DNA of 64,000 nucleotides, taken from positions 55,426,307 to 55,490,306 of the forward strand of contig NC_068989.1 of the NCBI RefSeq assembly GCF_001194135.2, written 5' to 3'. The position numbers and the translations under genes were made by a program. This DNA comes from Octopus bimaculoides (taxonomy: Eukaryota). The notes beneath the pieces are model-generated. The model saw only the letters and a program-made list of their open reading frames with translations. It did not search any database and had not been told where the DNA came from. Position 1 is the stretch's first letter, and every line of letters begins with the position of its first letter. Of this stretch, positions 12,341 through 25,880 are shown piece by piece.

Positions 12341-12424
12341 TGGAGTGCAGTATGCTAGTATTGGAGTGCAGTATGCTAGTATTGGAGTGCAGTGTGCCAG
12401 TATTGGAGTGCAGTGCATGAGTAT
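12341..12424. repeat. Minisatellite, 21 bp x 4
   Basis: Unit tggagtgcagtatgctagtat. Confidence 0.92.
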
Positions 12425-15153
12425 CCAACAGCAGTTGATTTGGTTGTTCATTCAAATTACAAATAATTTGATGCAAACTGTCATTTGTAACTTTCTCATC
12501 ATTAAGTTGTTTTTGTAGGACACATACCTTTAATATTAAAGTTAAACACAGACCTATAGAATTTGCTGAAATGGTCCAATTTAAGACATTTCATCCAGTG
12601 TGAAGAACAGAAGCTAGAGGGAAGTGATGGCCAACAACTACTGCATCTTTTGACCAGCATTGGCTCAGTTACTTGTTGCTTTACACTTGGTGAATGTCCT
12701 TGCTAATAGGATGAAATACTTATATATAAGAACTTGGCTGTACAACAGATCCAAGAGCATATGCTTACATTGGTTGTACCAGTCAAACAAACACAACTAG
12801 ATCTGAGCTAGTGGTTTGGAGCATATTCCTTAGACATCTGATAATCTTTACATTAGTCTGAGCAAGTTTAATAAAGTCCATCTTTGGTTTCAGAGGATTT
12901 ATATAAAGAGCCCTGTGCAGTAAGCCTTAGCAGGGAATCATTAGCTGATTCTCAATGCTTTTGTTTTAGATTCAAACATTTAATCAGTCTGAGATAGGTC
13001 ATCTTTTAAGTTTAAGCATTTATTTCAACTAAACAATTTTCAATTGTTGTAGAACATCCTTTGATGATAAGATTTATGTCACATAATGTAAGCAATTTTC
13101 ACTTAACCAGTTCAGGCTTATTGCTTGTCATCCATAAACAGTTTTATGTTAAACTGAATTAGATATGCTTCTAATTCTTCAGCACCATTAAAATTTAAGT
13201 ATTCATTAAAAATCCATCTTAAAATTTGTAAGCTGTAAATTCTCATTGACAATTGTAGTGCTAGAGATAATTACACAAGTCTACAACTGTAAATACAAGA
13301 GAAGAAGCAATCCATATTTCAAACAAATAAATCTGCTCAGACTTCTATTGCAAGTTCAATTCCAGTTAAAACAAATTTTATATTGGAAAGAATAGCAAAA
13401 TACCAAAAATTTACTGTGGCCAAGACTTTCAGATGCTACTGCTTTACCAAAATAGTTTTTGTGTTCAGTAGAAAATTCCATGATTATATTTATCAGAAAA
13501 ACCCATCATACTTCATATCACCAGTACCATTGGTTTCATCCCATAACAGTAAGGCTTGGAGATGTATATGCAACAGTATATACCACTAATCCACTTTATT
13601 CTATATTATCTGATCTAAAGCCTAACCTGCGAAGTTCCTGTGCCCCGACATTAACATAATAAAGGTAATGATAGTGCAACAAGCTGAACTGAAAAAGACT
13701 GTATTTACATGGTTCATTTATATATAGGCTGGCACTAGAAAATATATCGAGCCATAAAACTACAGCCAAAATCAATATGCAAAATGAAACTATATCCCCA
13801 AACTACTACCACCTGCATAATCAGTATTGGCACACACTTTGGTATGATATACATGGTATGGATGATGATTGATAGATAGAAGTAATGTCTACCACAACTG
13901 CCATCTATTACACTTACATATACACACTAACACTTTACATTGAAGAAACATACATACACTTTGAGTTTAATTCTAAAAAGAATTTATATATCTATATTCT
14001 TTTGTCATTCAATCGTTTTTTTGTTTTGTTTTTTTGTGCTGTTGCAATGATAAACTTTATTAAAATATACAAATAAATTCTAAATTTTTTCTGAATAATT
14101 TTTCTCAACTATGTCTCTTGGAGAGTACAGAAAAAGCATTATGATAACAGCTATCCATGTTCACTGCATTAGCCATTCCATCCCAAAGCTTCTTTCCTTA
14201 ATTGTAATGCCTTCATCTCAATTTGATGGAGAAGGGCAGCAGTCTGGGAGCCAAGGACACCAGAAGAGTTTCAAGCATGATCCAATATCGCATACTTAGT
14301 CACTGTTCACTTCTCTGCATTGGGGACAACAGCTCAAGGATTTACAGCTGATGTGACAAGGTTGTCACTGGAAATTGTATTACAGCATATGGTAACCTAG
14401 ATGAGTAGCTTGCAGCTCTTAATGGGTAACAGGTTATCCAATTTGGATACTTGCTGTCATCATGATTGTAGCTGACAGACACAAGTTGTGACCAAAAATC
14501 AGCAGTTTTGAGACTCTTTTAAACAACACCATTGAGCATTACAAGAGAAGGAAGGTAATTGTTAAAATAATCACTCATCACATAATGTTTGAAACATTGA
14601 AATAACAAAAAAAAAAAAATAAATAATAAGAAACACCCATTTACTAAGTGGGTGGGGCAGGGGGGGACTATTATACCAAAGTACCTAACCTACTGAGAAC
14701 AAAGTGTAAATATTTCTCACTTCATTCATGAAACAATATATTTTACAGTGATTGATTATTTTATGTGAAAGTCTAAATAAATTGTAATAGGGCTCGATAA
14801 ATGAATGAATTCAAATTTGTTACACTCTTGAATCTTTAAACAGTAAGCATAGATGTAGTATCATTTGAAATATTGTGCTTGTTAAAATACAAGTGCAACA
14901 AACAATAAAGTATCAATGTACAAGATGATTTTGAAGCAGAAATGATTTATAAGTTAGTAGGTAGAGTAAATCATGATTCTCAGACAACTTAAGGAACAAA
15001 ATATAGGAATCCTTTCTTCTAAGGTAAAAAACAAATTCATATGGCTTAACTCAATGTCCTGATGGATAATATGACTGTTCTGTTGGCAACATTCAGTTTA
15101 TATTCTACAACAAAATATTTAACTTCTCTGACAAAAGTCTTCACAATTAAGAA

Positions 15154-15346
15154 ACAAGGGTGCTGAAAAGTTCCTGGCTTTGAGTAAAAGAAAATACAGA
15201 AGGTCAGCTAATTATTCCCCTCTCAGATTCACACACTTATTGTAGCAGTCCTTCAGTTTTTCTAAGCCCTGTAAAAGAACTCGGAAGGTTGGGCCTTCAA
15301 CCAAGCCTTTCACGATACCCTTAAAGCCAGGAACTTTTCAAACCTC
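15154..15346. mobile_element. Mariner-type MITE
   Basis: TIRs ctgaaaagttcctggcttt / aaagccaggaacttttca flanking ~140 bp; acaagggg terminus typical of mariner ends. Confidence 0.7.
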
Positions 15347-17449
15347 ACTCATAATTTCTTAAATATTCAAAAACTAAAAGAAAATGACTGGTTGTGTCTT
15401 TGCTTTGCTGAGCCTTGTAGAGGTGAGGTGTTCAACAAACAGAAAGTATGACCTGGTTTTGATTGACAGTTATAGCCATCTCACTTCATATGTACTACAA
15501 AAACTTGGAGAAAAGCAGCAATGTCATACAATTTCATTCAATGAGGCCTAGAACCAATGTAAGAAATTATTCTTAGCCTTCGAATTAACCATCTGAGAAA
15601 AAAACATGATAAATGAACAACTTTATGTGTGCACTACTTATGATCAGAGCTGTTTAGAAGTGAATTTGGTATTATAGTTAGCTGAAATTTTAGTTGTAAA
15701 TATGAATTAAACGACTGAGCAGTTATTTCAGTAAATTATTTAAGAACCATTAAAACCATGAATGATCTCCAGGGAAAAGGCTGTATAAAGATATTATGGT
15801 TGAATGCAAAAATATTTTGACAATATTTAAATAATCCTTTTTAACATTATATTTCAATGGTGTTACTTAGTTTTCTACTGTTTGAATTAAAATGTTTGAA
15901 GAAGAAAAAAAATTATATTGTTTTGAAAATAGAAATTTAAACAAACAAATAATAATTCCCACTGACACACTTATCTCTATACTAAATAGGAGAAAGAAAA
16001 AAATAAATTTTAAATGTAAAAGTAAAAATAAGATGAAAACAGACCTGCTGGCTGGTAAGTTTAGAAATCACAAGCTAAAATACTAAATTATATCGTCCAG
16101 CAAAGCAACTCCCCTGAACATAACAACTATATAAGGTAATGAAGCCAGATCAACAATACAGACTGTCAGCCAACCCTAAGAAGCAGGATTAAAGCCAGCT
16201 GTAATAACAGAGTCTAATATATACTTATTATAGAGGAAGAAATACTAACTACAACATATATAATCCGTCTACACCTGAAAGGATTCGGCCAGGCAGTTTA
16301 GTCAGTGCAATTCTAGTGCACAGTTGGCATTAGATGTAATTAATCCATGCATCAGTGCTGACTGTAATGATTTCTCTCAAGTGATAGGGGTCAGTCAAAG
16401 GGGAAGGGGTGGAGAGAAAGGAAGAAAATGAAGACAAAATGAAGAAAGTAAAAAAAAATAATAAAATGCTATGCACTAGGCTGACACTAGAGTTCCATGA
16501 GATAAGGAAATTAGTCAGACTAGAGTTATGTCAAAGAAACGGACATTCAGTGAAGTTCTAACCAAAAATTACAGGCAACTTGCCACTTGAACAACTGAAA
16601 GGTTTACAAATTCAAACTTTTGTTCCTTCCTGGTTCATATTTCTTTGTTGAGTTCTGCTGAACAAATCAGTATTCAAGCATTGCCAAAAGACTTCCTATG
16701 TTGTTGTAAGGAACCATTTGGAAAGACGGTTGAAGAAGAAAAATAAGTAAAAAAACATGCTAAGCTAACAAGTAGCAATAACTATCATTGATATTTCATT
16801 TGAGGCTAGCTGGGTCAGACATTGTTTGACTAACCACATCTGTCACCTCACTAACTGTACAACAAATTGAATAGCATAAGTTGTATGACTGGATGGAAAT
16901 ATCTATCTTGATCGATAATCAATAGAGATATGAAGTTTATAGAAAGAAACTGAGCTACAACTGATATTTCATCAATTCCCTTAAAACAGCCACGAAAGAC
17001 TATCATTAACATAAAACTCAACTGATGAGTTTTTCTTGCTTGGTGCTTGAAACATTTGACTAATTTTAAGGCAAATGAAATAGAATCTGTAAATAATAAG
17101 CAACCATGAAATTTCACTGACTTTCATTGTTAATCAGAAGACACTAATTGATAACTAAATCAAATATGACACAACTAAATGACTAATCCAGCAGGTACAA
17201 TCTTTACAGGAGTTAAAGGAAAAACTTATGTAAATAATCTCAGAATCAGGAGTGAAAGTAATATGTTAAAAACTGTGTAACTGGAGTCATTGATAGGCTG
17301 CAGAAATCAAGGCACATGCACTGTGGACTTTTCACAAATTGGTATTAATGTTCCAATACTGGCTATCAAGCTGTGGAACAAACAAAAAGGAAAAAATAGG
17401 TTAAGGGTCATTGTGGAAAGAAGGTTATAATGGTATGCAATGCCTTTAC

Positions 17450-17615
17450 CTGTTAAGTATTTTGCTAACACAGCCATGCGACACTTGTAGTTGTCGGCTG
17501 ATTTCACATGGACGGACACCTTGAAGAGCAAGCTGCAGAATCTGAACTCTCAAATGGTCAGGTAGAGGGCGCCCATTAGTGAATTCACGACCATACTGAT
17601 TGATGTTTCGACCAC
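17450..17615 (-). CDS. Paxbeta: Paired-box exon 1 (PAI subdomain): [56 protein letters not shown]
   Basis: Clear paired-domain motifs ([27 protein letters not shown]). Polypyrimidine acceptor ...ctttctattgctaattaacag| and donor CAG|GTAAAG. 166 nt, phase 1 to phase 2. Absent from the ORF track. Pax identity is near certain; the Pax-beta subfamily call is from recalled family features. Confidence 0.95.
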
Positions 17616-18018
17616 CTGTTAATTAGCAATAGAAAGAAAAAAAGATGCACATTTTAAATCAGCTGCTTCATTCAGGGATTATGAAAAAAAAGTAAAGAAA
17701 AAATGTTTAACATCATCATTAATTTGAAGGTAGTTAGTTAATTACTTAAAGATGGTCAACACACAAAGAAACAACAGCAAGTTATGTTATTAAATGACCA
17801 ATCATGGAAGATGGCTTAGGTGATTAGATGCTTCAAGAGGTTTCAGATGTGTCTATCTGAAATCTTTAGATCAGTTGTTATCTATGAGAAATAGGCATTG
17901 TTGATGGTTAAGTAAACTGCACATAGTAAGTCAGTAACAAAATAATATTAGAAGAGAGAGAAATTGGATAGAATTGAAGAGGTAAAGATAAAGACTAAAA
18001 GATGACAGAGACCGATAG

Positions 18019-18245
18019 AACCCTTGAGTATTCAGATTACTATCAAATATAATGCTTGTTTAATCACACTGTTTTTAATTAATCATGCATTATGTTGTAG
18101 CTTTGAGAGATATTTGATGATGTGATTGCTTATTTTTAAAATGACATTGTAGGATAGAAATGAGAGACTGGATCTGGCTGGTGTGAACATAAAACAGGTA
18201 GAATATCTGGGCCAGATACGACTGGTTTAAATGTTAAAGGGCTAA
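18019..18245. mobile_element. piggyBac-type MITE, family 1
   Basis: Ends aacccttgagtattcag / aaatgttaaagggctaa, consistent with a TTAA|CCC...GGG|TTAA consensus. Same-orientation copy at 56379-56607. Confidence 0.65.
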
Positions 18246-18484
18246 AATAGCTGTAAGCCTAAAACTCTTGCCTTGGTGTTGGTTGAGATTATCAAATATT
18301 TAAAAAAAGTTCCATGGTCATTGTCAAGTGTTTAACTTGCTATATTCATAGTTAGGCGAGTTAGACAAGGTAGGTAAATCAACTTAACCATCCCACCAAC
18401 ACAGGCAAATACATAGATATGTATGAGTGCATATATTTGCATGATCTTGGAATTTAGGTTTGGAATTTTTTGCCTAAGAATAAG

Positions 18485-18665
18485 NNNNNNNNNNNNNNNN
18501 NNNNNNNNNNNNNNNNNNNNNNNNNNNNNNNNNNNNNNNNNNNNNNNNNNNNNNNNNNNNNNNNNNNNNNNNNNNNNNNNNNNNNNNNNNNNNNNNNNNN
18601 NNNNNNNNNNNNNNNNNNNNNNNNNNNNNNNNNNNNNNNNNNNNNNNNNNNNNNNNNNNNNNNNN
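18485..18665. other. Assembly gap (N)
   Basis: N run next to (AT)n. Confidence 0.99.
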
Positions 18666-19637
18666 ATATATATATATATATATATATATAAAAGCAGACT
18701 GACAAGCAGATGAACAAACAAAACTTTTAACATTGTCTTAATGCTCCTTGTCTCTGTCTGTCTGTCTCTCTGTGACTGAGCAAGTGAATAGACATGTAAC
18801 TCTCACAATAACAAAGACATACAAAAGAGAATTAGCAAAGAGGAGTGGCTATGAGAAGAGAAATGTGTTGCCAAAAATATGTAAGGAAAACTATAAAAAT
18901 AAAAGAAAGGTCAGAGAAAGTTAGAATAGAAAAAGACAGTAAAGAGTAGATAGTTTTAAAATGAAGCAGAAAGATATAAAAACTGCTGCCAATAACATAC
19001 ATCATAAAATGGTAAATAACAGTTTTACATCAAAATTGAAATAGTTAAGATGATTGACATATACCAATTTAAAAAGGAGCTGGAATAATTAGTAGATCGA
19101 AGAATAATTGAAGCAATGAGTGGTCAAAGGAATAGTCTTAAGTGAGGTAAGGCTAAAAAAAAAACCCAGTTATATTCTGACATATAACATTTCAAATAAT
19201 AATAATAATATTCAATATTTCTTTAAAATATATTGCTCTTTATTTTATTTTGTTTTGTTCTCCTCTTTTTTATGAGCATATTATTATAAAGTGAAAATTT
19301 TGGCAAATTTCCACCCTGCTGATGTCAAAGAGATTTCTATCAGGGTAGAAAGTTGAGCAATGTCATCAGGCTGTGGTAGATTTCAGAGTTTTCAACATGG
19401 GAAGTTTAAGAAATGTATTCTCTCTATTGTTATAATTCAGTGTTTTACCAATGTGGTCAGGTTTCAATATATAATGCAGGGTAATGATTGGAAGGTATGA
19501 TCAGATGGTGTTAAAAGTGATTATAAAGGGTAGAAAGTCTGGAAATGTGATTAGGCTTTGATAGACTTTTGAGTATTAAAAGTAGCAGATTATGTAATAG
19601 TAAAGCTGTCACAGACAGCAAAGTGTGACCAAGCTGT

Positions 19638-19762
19638 NNNNNNNNNNNNNNNNNNNNNNNNNNNNNNNNNNNNNNNNNNNNNNNNNNNNNNNNNNNNNNN
19701 NNNNNNNNNNNNNNNNNNNNNNNNNNNNNNNNNNNNNNNNNNNNNNNNNNNNNNNNNNNNNN
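19638..19762. other. Assembly gap (N)
   Basis: N run next to (AT)n. Confidence 0.99.
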
Positions 19763-19793
<31 letters not shown>

Positions 19794-20536
19794 GTATTTC
19801 TTATTGAAAAGAAAACTTAAAAATAAAAATATATCAGACATTAGAGAATTAAGGTATAAATCAAATTAGCAACTGATTTAGGTGTTAGCAAGCAAAATGT
19901 AAGGTAGTGAGAAATGAATCCCTGCATACACTTCACTGATGTAATATCTCTCTGGAGACTAATAAACTTCTGGATGTTCAAGCAATATGTTTGACAGTAG
20001 TAAATGTAACAGAGAAAAGATACTATATGCTATACACAAGAAGACCAATTAACACTGAAGGATCATTCTATTACATTCAATTGGGCCTATCATTTAAGTT
20101 AGGTACTTAGATTACACCAAGAATCTGACCATGTACACACAGACCCTATTCTAATCTGAGTATAGAAATTATATAATAACAAGGATAAAATGTCTCGGGA
20201 AAAGAAAAAAAAATTTAAATAATTGTTATAATTATTAATAAACAAATTAATAAATAAATAGGAAAGTAAAAACAAAATATGAAACAAGTAAGAAAAGCTA
20301 GAATGATAGAGGTTTCTGCTGAATGTTAGACTTAATGGATATTCATAACAGAAAGTAACATAACAGAATAAGCATATTCAGATATATGAGTAACCCATTT
20401 TGAAATCAGTATTATTTTCCAGATGACACAATCATCATCATTAGTATAATGCTGCACAAAGTCACAGAAATGTATCTGCCAGCACTCAACCACGCAGAGA
20501 ACTTCTGTTTCATATATTCTCTTGACTCTATATATC

Positions 20537-20885
20537 TTTTATCATGTTTCAGTCACTAGACTGCAGCCATGCTGGGGCACTGCTTTGCAAAATTTTAGTT
20601 GAACAAATCAGCTCCACTAGTTATTTTTTTAAACCTGGCACTTATTCTGTTGGTCTTTTTGACAAAACCACTAAGTTATGGGGATGTAAGCACACCAACA
20701 CTTGTTGTCAAGTGGTGCTGGGAAACAAGCAAACACACACACACAACGGGCTTCTTTCATTCAATCTACCAAATCCACTCACAAGATTTTGGTCAGTTCG
20801 GGGCTATAGAAGAAGACACCTGTGCAAGTTGCCATGCAATGGTACTCTAATCCAGAACCATGTGATTGGAAAACAAACTTCTTGT
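20537..20885 (-). mobile_element. SINE family A, diverged copy
   Basis: Shares gtttcagtca..gccatgctgg..gcac, ctaagtta.ggggatgtaa.cacacc and taccaaatccactcacaag blocks. Confidence 0.85.
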
Positions 20886-22578
20886 TGATTTTGAAGCTTT
20901 GGGCTGCTAACTTTAATCAGACAATTAAAACACGACATAAAAGTAAGCGTTATTACACACACACAGAGTATGTACTTATCCACCTATCATGAGTACAAGA
21001 TCTGCAAAGTTAGCATCATCACAATTATATGTCTGCTTTTCCATGCTGGCATGGATCATTATCAGTCTGAATGAGACATTATTTGGACTTACTTTTCTCC
21101 TAGATGAGCTGGGGACTACATCACACCTTTTCATTATATACCAATACTATTTTTGTTACTCAGTTATCATACGTGATATCTCTACTGTTACAAAGGCAAC
21201 AAATAGATTCAACATTCACATATATCATAGGGCTGTGCAACAATTCCATTCTACATAAGATTCTCTTTCCTGATTCCATAGAAATTATTTCACTTTGACC
21301 ATGTCAATACACAAATCAATTTGAAACCAAATAACTCAGTTTTTAATCAGATACTTTATTAAACATAATCTCATCACCCCAAAATAAACATTCATTATAT
21401 CATTTTGCTTTCATCATAGAAGAATTCAATCTTCATTTATATGCTTTCAAAAAATTTTGTAAATTGTTAGAAAAAATTTACGCATAAAAGCACTTTCAAT
21501 TTTTAAATCCTAAGACATAGTTTTTTTGTTTTTAATTTTCAATTTTTTTTTTCTCTTACTAATTAAAAATCTTCAAATATTGTAGAAAATATTTTTCCCC
21601 ACCTATTTTAGGTTAAACATGTCAGTCTTAAAACATACTGTCTTGCTTGATGAAAATTCAAATATATACATATAATCATTTAGATGTCACCTAAACAATT
21701 TTTTCTTTAAATTATATTTTATTAAATTAGAGATAAACTGATTCAGTTCAGTTATCAATATTACAAATAAATTTACTGAAATTTCACCACAAACTAACAT
21801 AAGTTTAACAACTACAACGTCAGCCTCTGGCATAAACTTTTAGTAAAACAAAATTTGATATGTAAATACGAGTAGGAGTGAGAGAGAGATTCATGCTTTG
21901 TTCCTTGTTTTCCCTTCCAGTCCACCACAAGAAGGGGGTATTTTCTTATATCTACTTATTGTAATTTTTTTTTTTCTTTTTAAAGACAGCCAAGTATTTT
22001 TTGAATAATAGAATATAAATTCATTGGATTCAGCAGTGCAAGAAAATTTAGAATTTAAAGATATGAAACAATATTTCAAATGTTTGTAAGTTAAGGTTGT
22101 TATTTAAGCAGTCAATATTCTGGGAAATTAAGAGAATCTGGAAAAAGTACTAAAAAAGTAAATTTATTTCAACTAATTTCTGTTTATGAAACTAAAAAAA
22201 ACTAATTCTAATTTTTTTAAAACAAAAAAAATTCACTAGATTTTTCTAAAATTTCAGATTAATAGTTAGTAAATTATTTTGTGATTGAATATCCTTTAAT
22301 TACATCCATAAGTTTGCACACAAATTGATTAGTGAAATGTTTCAGCTTTATATTATTAATTAATGATAATCTAATTAGACAGTTAAAATGATAGAGATCA
22401 ATAAAGTTATGTAATGTTACAGTGGGGAAGAAAAGAAGAGAAATTAAAAATAAAGTCAACAACAATTTTAAAAAAATATTATAAGGTTTCAATATCTAAG
22501 AGGCTAAACAAAATGAATAAAAAAAAAACAAAATAAAAAAAACATAAAAAATGGATTCCCCAGGGGATTTTCATGTAC

Positions 22579-22824
22579 CTTCGTCATTTGAGAAATCAAC
22601 TGAGTTGTTGTTAGGACGGCCAGCATCTAGAAAGCCATGTGCTGCCACAAGGGTGGCATCATCCCTGGCCACATCCAAGGCAATACGTCTACCTGAGGGG
22701 GTCCAGTAGCTGGAGGCTGGTGAGGAGCTTGATGATGATGTAGTGGTGGTGGTGGTAGTGGTGGTAGTGGTGGAACAGGAAGGTTTCACAGCAGTCACAC
22801 TTCTTTGTCTGGAGGGGCGGCCTG
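22579..22824 (-). CDS. Paxbeta: Internal Pax exon, 246 nt, phase 1-1 (GRPSRQRSVTAVKPSCS-T11-S6-PASSYW...DFSNDE-G)
   Basis: GC-richer island in very AT-rich DNA. Acceptor ttattttag|CAG (alternative AG 3 nt downstream), donor AAG|GTACAT, open in the required frame, and joins in phase to the first paired-box exon. Confidence 0.75.
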
Positions 22825-23430
22825 CTAAAATAATTGATTACAGTAACTAAGTGGTTAGGGCTATAGTAGCTGGTTTCACAGTGAGAGGACATAGGAAACC
22901 TACTACTAAGGACAACAGTTTTAAAACAATTTATTAGGATCTAGTCAAATTACTATAATCATTATTGTTGTTGTTGTTATCATTAGCATTATTATTATTA
23001 TTAAACTACCCTTCATACTAATAGCATTGTTATCAAACCTTTGTAAATCTTACTTTGAGAATAATTTTTAAAATATCTTTTCGCAAGCTTTAAATGCAAC
23101 TTAATAACTAAAGAAATAATAAAATAAATAAAATAAAATAAAAATGGTTAAGAGTAAGGATTTAAAAGGTGAGAGGGTATTTATTTTGATATCACAATTC
23201 TAGTACACAACACTCTTTCAAAACAACAACTGTACACAATGTTTGTGCTCTGTACAACAAAATCTGTCTGCATATATAAACAGCATGAATTTCGCAGGGA
23301 GTCATGTGTACATAAATTTATCTAGCAGTAACACACTAAGGAATTCAATCAGAGTGTAATAATACAATAAGAAAAACAAAACAAATTACCAATTGTCATT
23401 AAAAGTTAAGCTAAAACATAGAGCTCCAGC

Positions 23431-23471
<41 letters not shown>

Positions 23472-25814
23472 TTTCATAGCAATGCAAAGATAGTTGTATC
23501 ACTTTGATTACACAATGGTAGAACATTCTCTTTAGTTTGCTTCAAAAATATCTCAAAGGAATATACAGTGCCATGGAAATTCATAGCAAAGTAATGATAT
23601 TTTTGTTAAAGAATGAAAACCAGGTATTAGAAATAGTAGTTCACAAAGTACTAGTTTTCTGGCTTAAATTTTAGTCTTAACCAGTTTATGACAGACTGCC
23701 AAAAGTTCTGAGAAGGTTACAAAATGTGGGAGCATTTCAATCCTATTTGTAATTAGTCATATAAGATAACTGTATACCAATAACCAGATGATTGGATGTT
23801 TTTCTTTTTTTTTTTTAACTTTCACTCATAGAAAGGAGAGAAATTGTCACTGAAGCAGGAAACCTTGGTTGAAGAGGGTTTGAAATTAGAGATTGAACAA
23901 ATGTTATACAGAATTGGAATGATGTTGGGATCTAGAACTTGAACCAGCCTTCTTGATGATGGAAGTTTTCTGATATACCAGCTAGACAAACAATGTATTC
24001 TCAGCACAGTAAACAATTATTTGAAATACTTTATCACAGCTAAGAACTGAAAATTCAGAAGTATTTCCAAATGTTTTCTGAGTCAATTTAAACACACACA
24101 CACACACACATGCGAAGTTTCAGTACATTCAGTGTCTTTATTTCATTTATTTCAATCCACCACATAATTTTTTATTTAGTGGCTAAAAGTTGTATTTGGA
24201 ATTATTTTATTAACTAAATTACAAGGAATAGTATTGAATACCAAGTTTTTAGTTGTTTAGAAATAAGAACGTGTTTCATGAGATATACAGTAAATAGGAT
24301 TATGGACGCTCTGCCAAATAATATATTCAGCATTTATACCCCTTTGTCATTCTCATATTTAAATTTTTTTTTTCTTTCTAGATTTCTAATTAAATTTCCT
24401 CAACGAACAGTCCAGAGAAAAAGAAGAAAAAAAAAAGAAAAAATAACAACAAAAAAGATAATATTAAAACTGTAAAAAAAAATCAACAAAACAACAACAA
24501 TCAACATAAAACTAATTCTTTAGTAAATTCAAGCATTTTAAAAAACATAATCATGGTTTTTTTAATTCATGTGGTTTCAATTATTTGTCAGTACAGTTCC
24601 CACTTGCTAACTACATACTTCAAAAAAAGTACAAAACAAAAACAAACAAAAAAACTGATAAAAGATACAAACAAAAGAACAACAAACAACAACTATTGAA
24701 TGAAACATCAACACAAGTTTCACCATTACAAAAATAATTATGGTATGTTATATGACAAATAAGAGAACTAGTATGTTAGTATGGATTCCTTTAGGAGTTG
24801 GGTTCTTAGTAAATAACTAACATAAATCCAAGCTGGTTTTATATATTCTTATTTTATTTACAATTTTTTTTTTCTTAGATACAGGTGTGGATTTTACAAC
24901 TGGAAGTTCTCTTTTCTATTTGTAAGACTGCCATCTTTTTTCCAATCTTATTCTCTGTGCAGGAGACATGTTAGCACATTGTGTACACATTTGCAGCTTC
25001 CATCAGATTAATCAGTGACTGATCACATGTCAACATGTCGGGAATAAAAGAATTAAAAAACATTTCTGATCTTAATGATGCAAGAAAAAAAAAACAAAAA
25101 AAAAACATGGTCTTCAATTCAATTCAACTTTTGTAGTGAGGCTTGGATAACTTAGTAATATTTAACAACACTTTAACTTAAAAATCCATACCCATCATCA
25201 CTATACTTACACACACGCACACACACATATATATATATATACACACACGTGTATACAATTAGACATAGAAATACTGCTGCTGAGTTTAGTGCTCCACACA
25301 GATTATCATAACAGAGTCTGCTTCCAGTATAATGGTTTGGTTACTACTGTACTCAGTAGTAGTACCAGTTATGATATACAGAGAAATTGTAGTATAAATT
25401 ACGATAAACAGAAGTTTATATCATATGTTCTTATATACATGTCACTGCTGTGGTAGCTTGGAACTCTGCACATATGATTTCTGTAACAAAACATTTATAA
25501 AGTGTTTCCTTAATGATCCGTTGGGGTTAAGCATCCAATGTACACAGTTCCAAACAATCACAATAGTGAAATGCATTTAGTAACAAATTATATAAACTTG
25601 CATTTGTCATAATTTCTCATATATACATATGATCTTACTCGCTGTGGGGGCAGTTAGCTCCCCTGTTAGTACAGGGATTTGTGCTTCTTTACAGCCGAGA
25701 AGGATTTTTACCTCTTATTTCTAGCAATGTAGGTGCTACTCTGAACTGTCAGTCACAATTAGTGACAACTGAATTCTTCCTTTTTGGTTTTATATTGCTT
25801 ATAGTTATCTTCAT

Positions 25815-25880
<66 letters not shown>

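Noticed and set aside
18332-19841. ORFs containing long X runs
   Set aside because: Artefacts of N-gaps.
23822-24016. Possible cassette exon in the large intron
   Set aside because: An acceptor-like AG is present, but the phase-1 frame hits a stop and there is no convincing donor.
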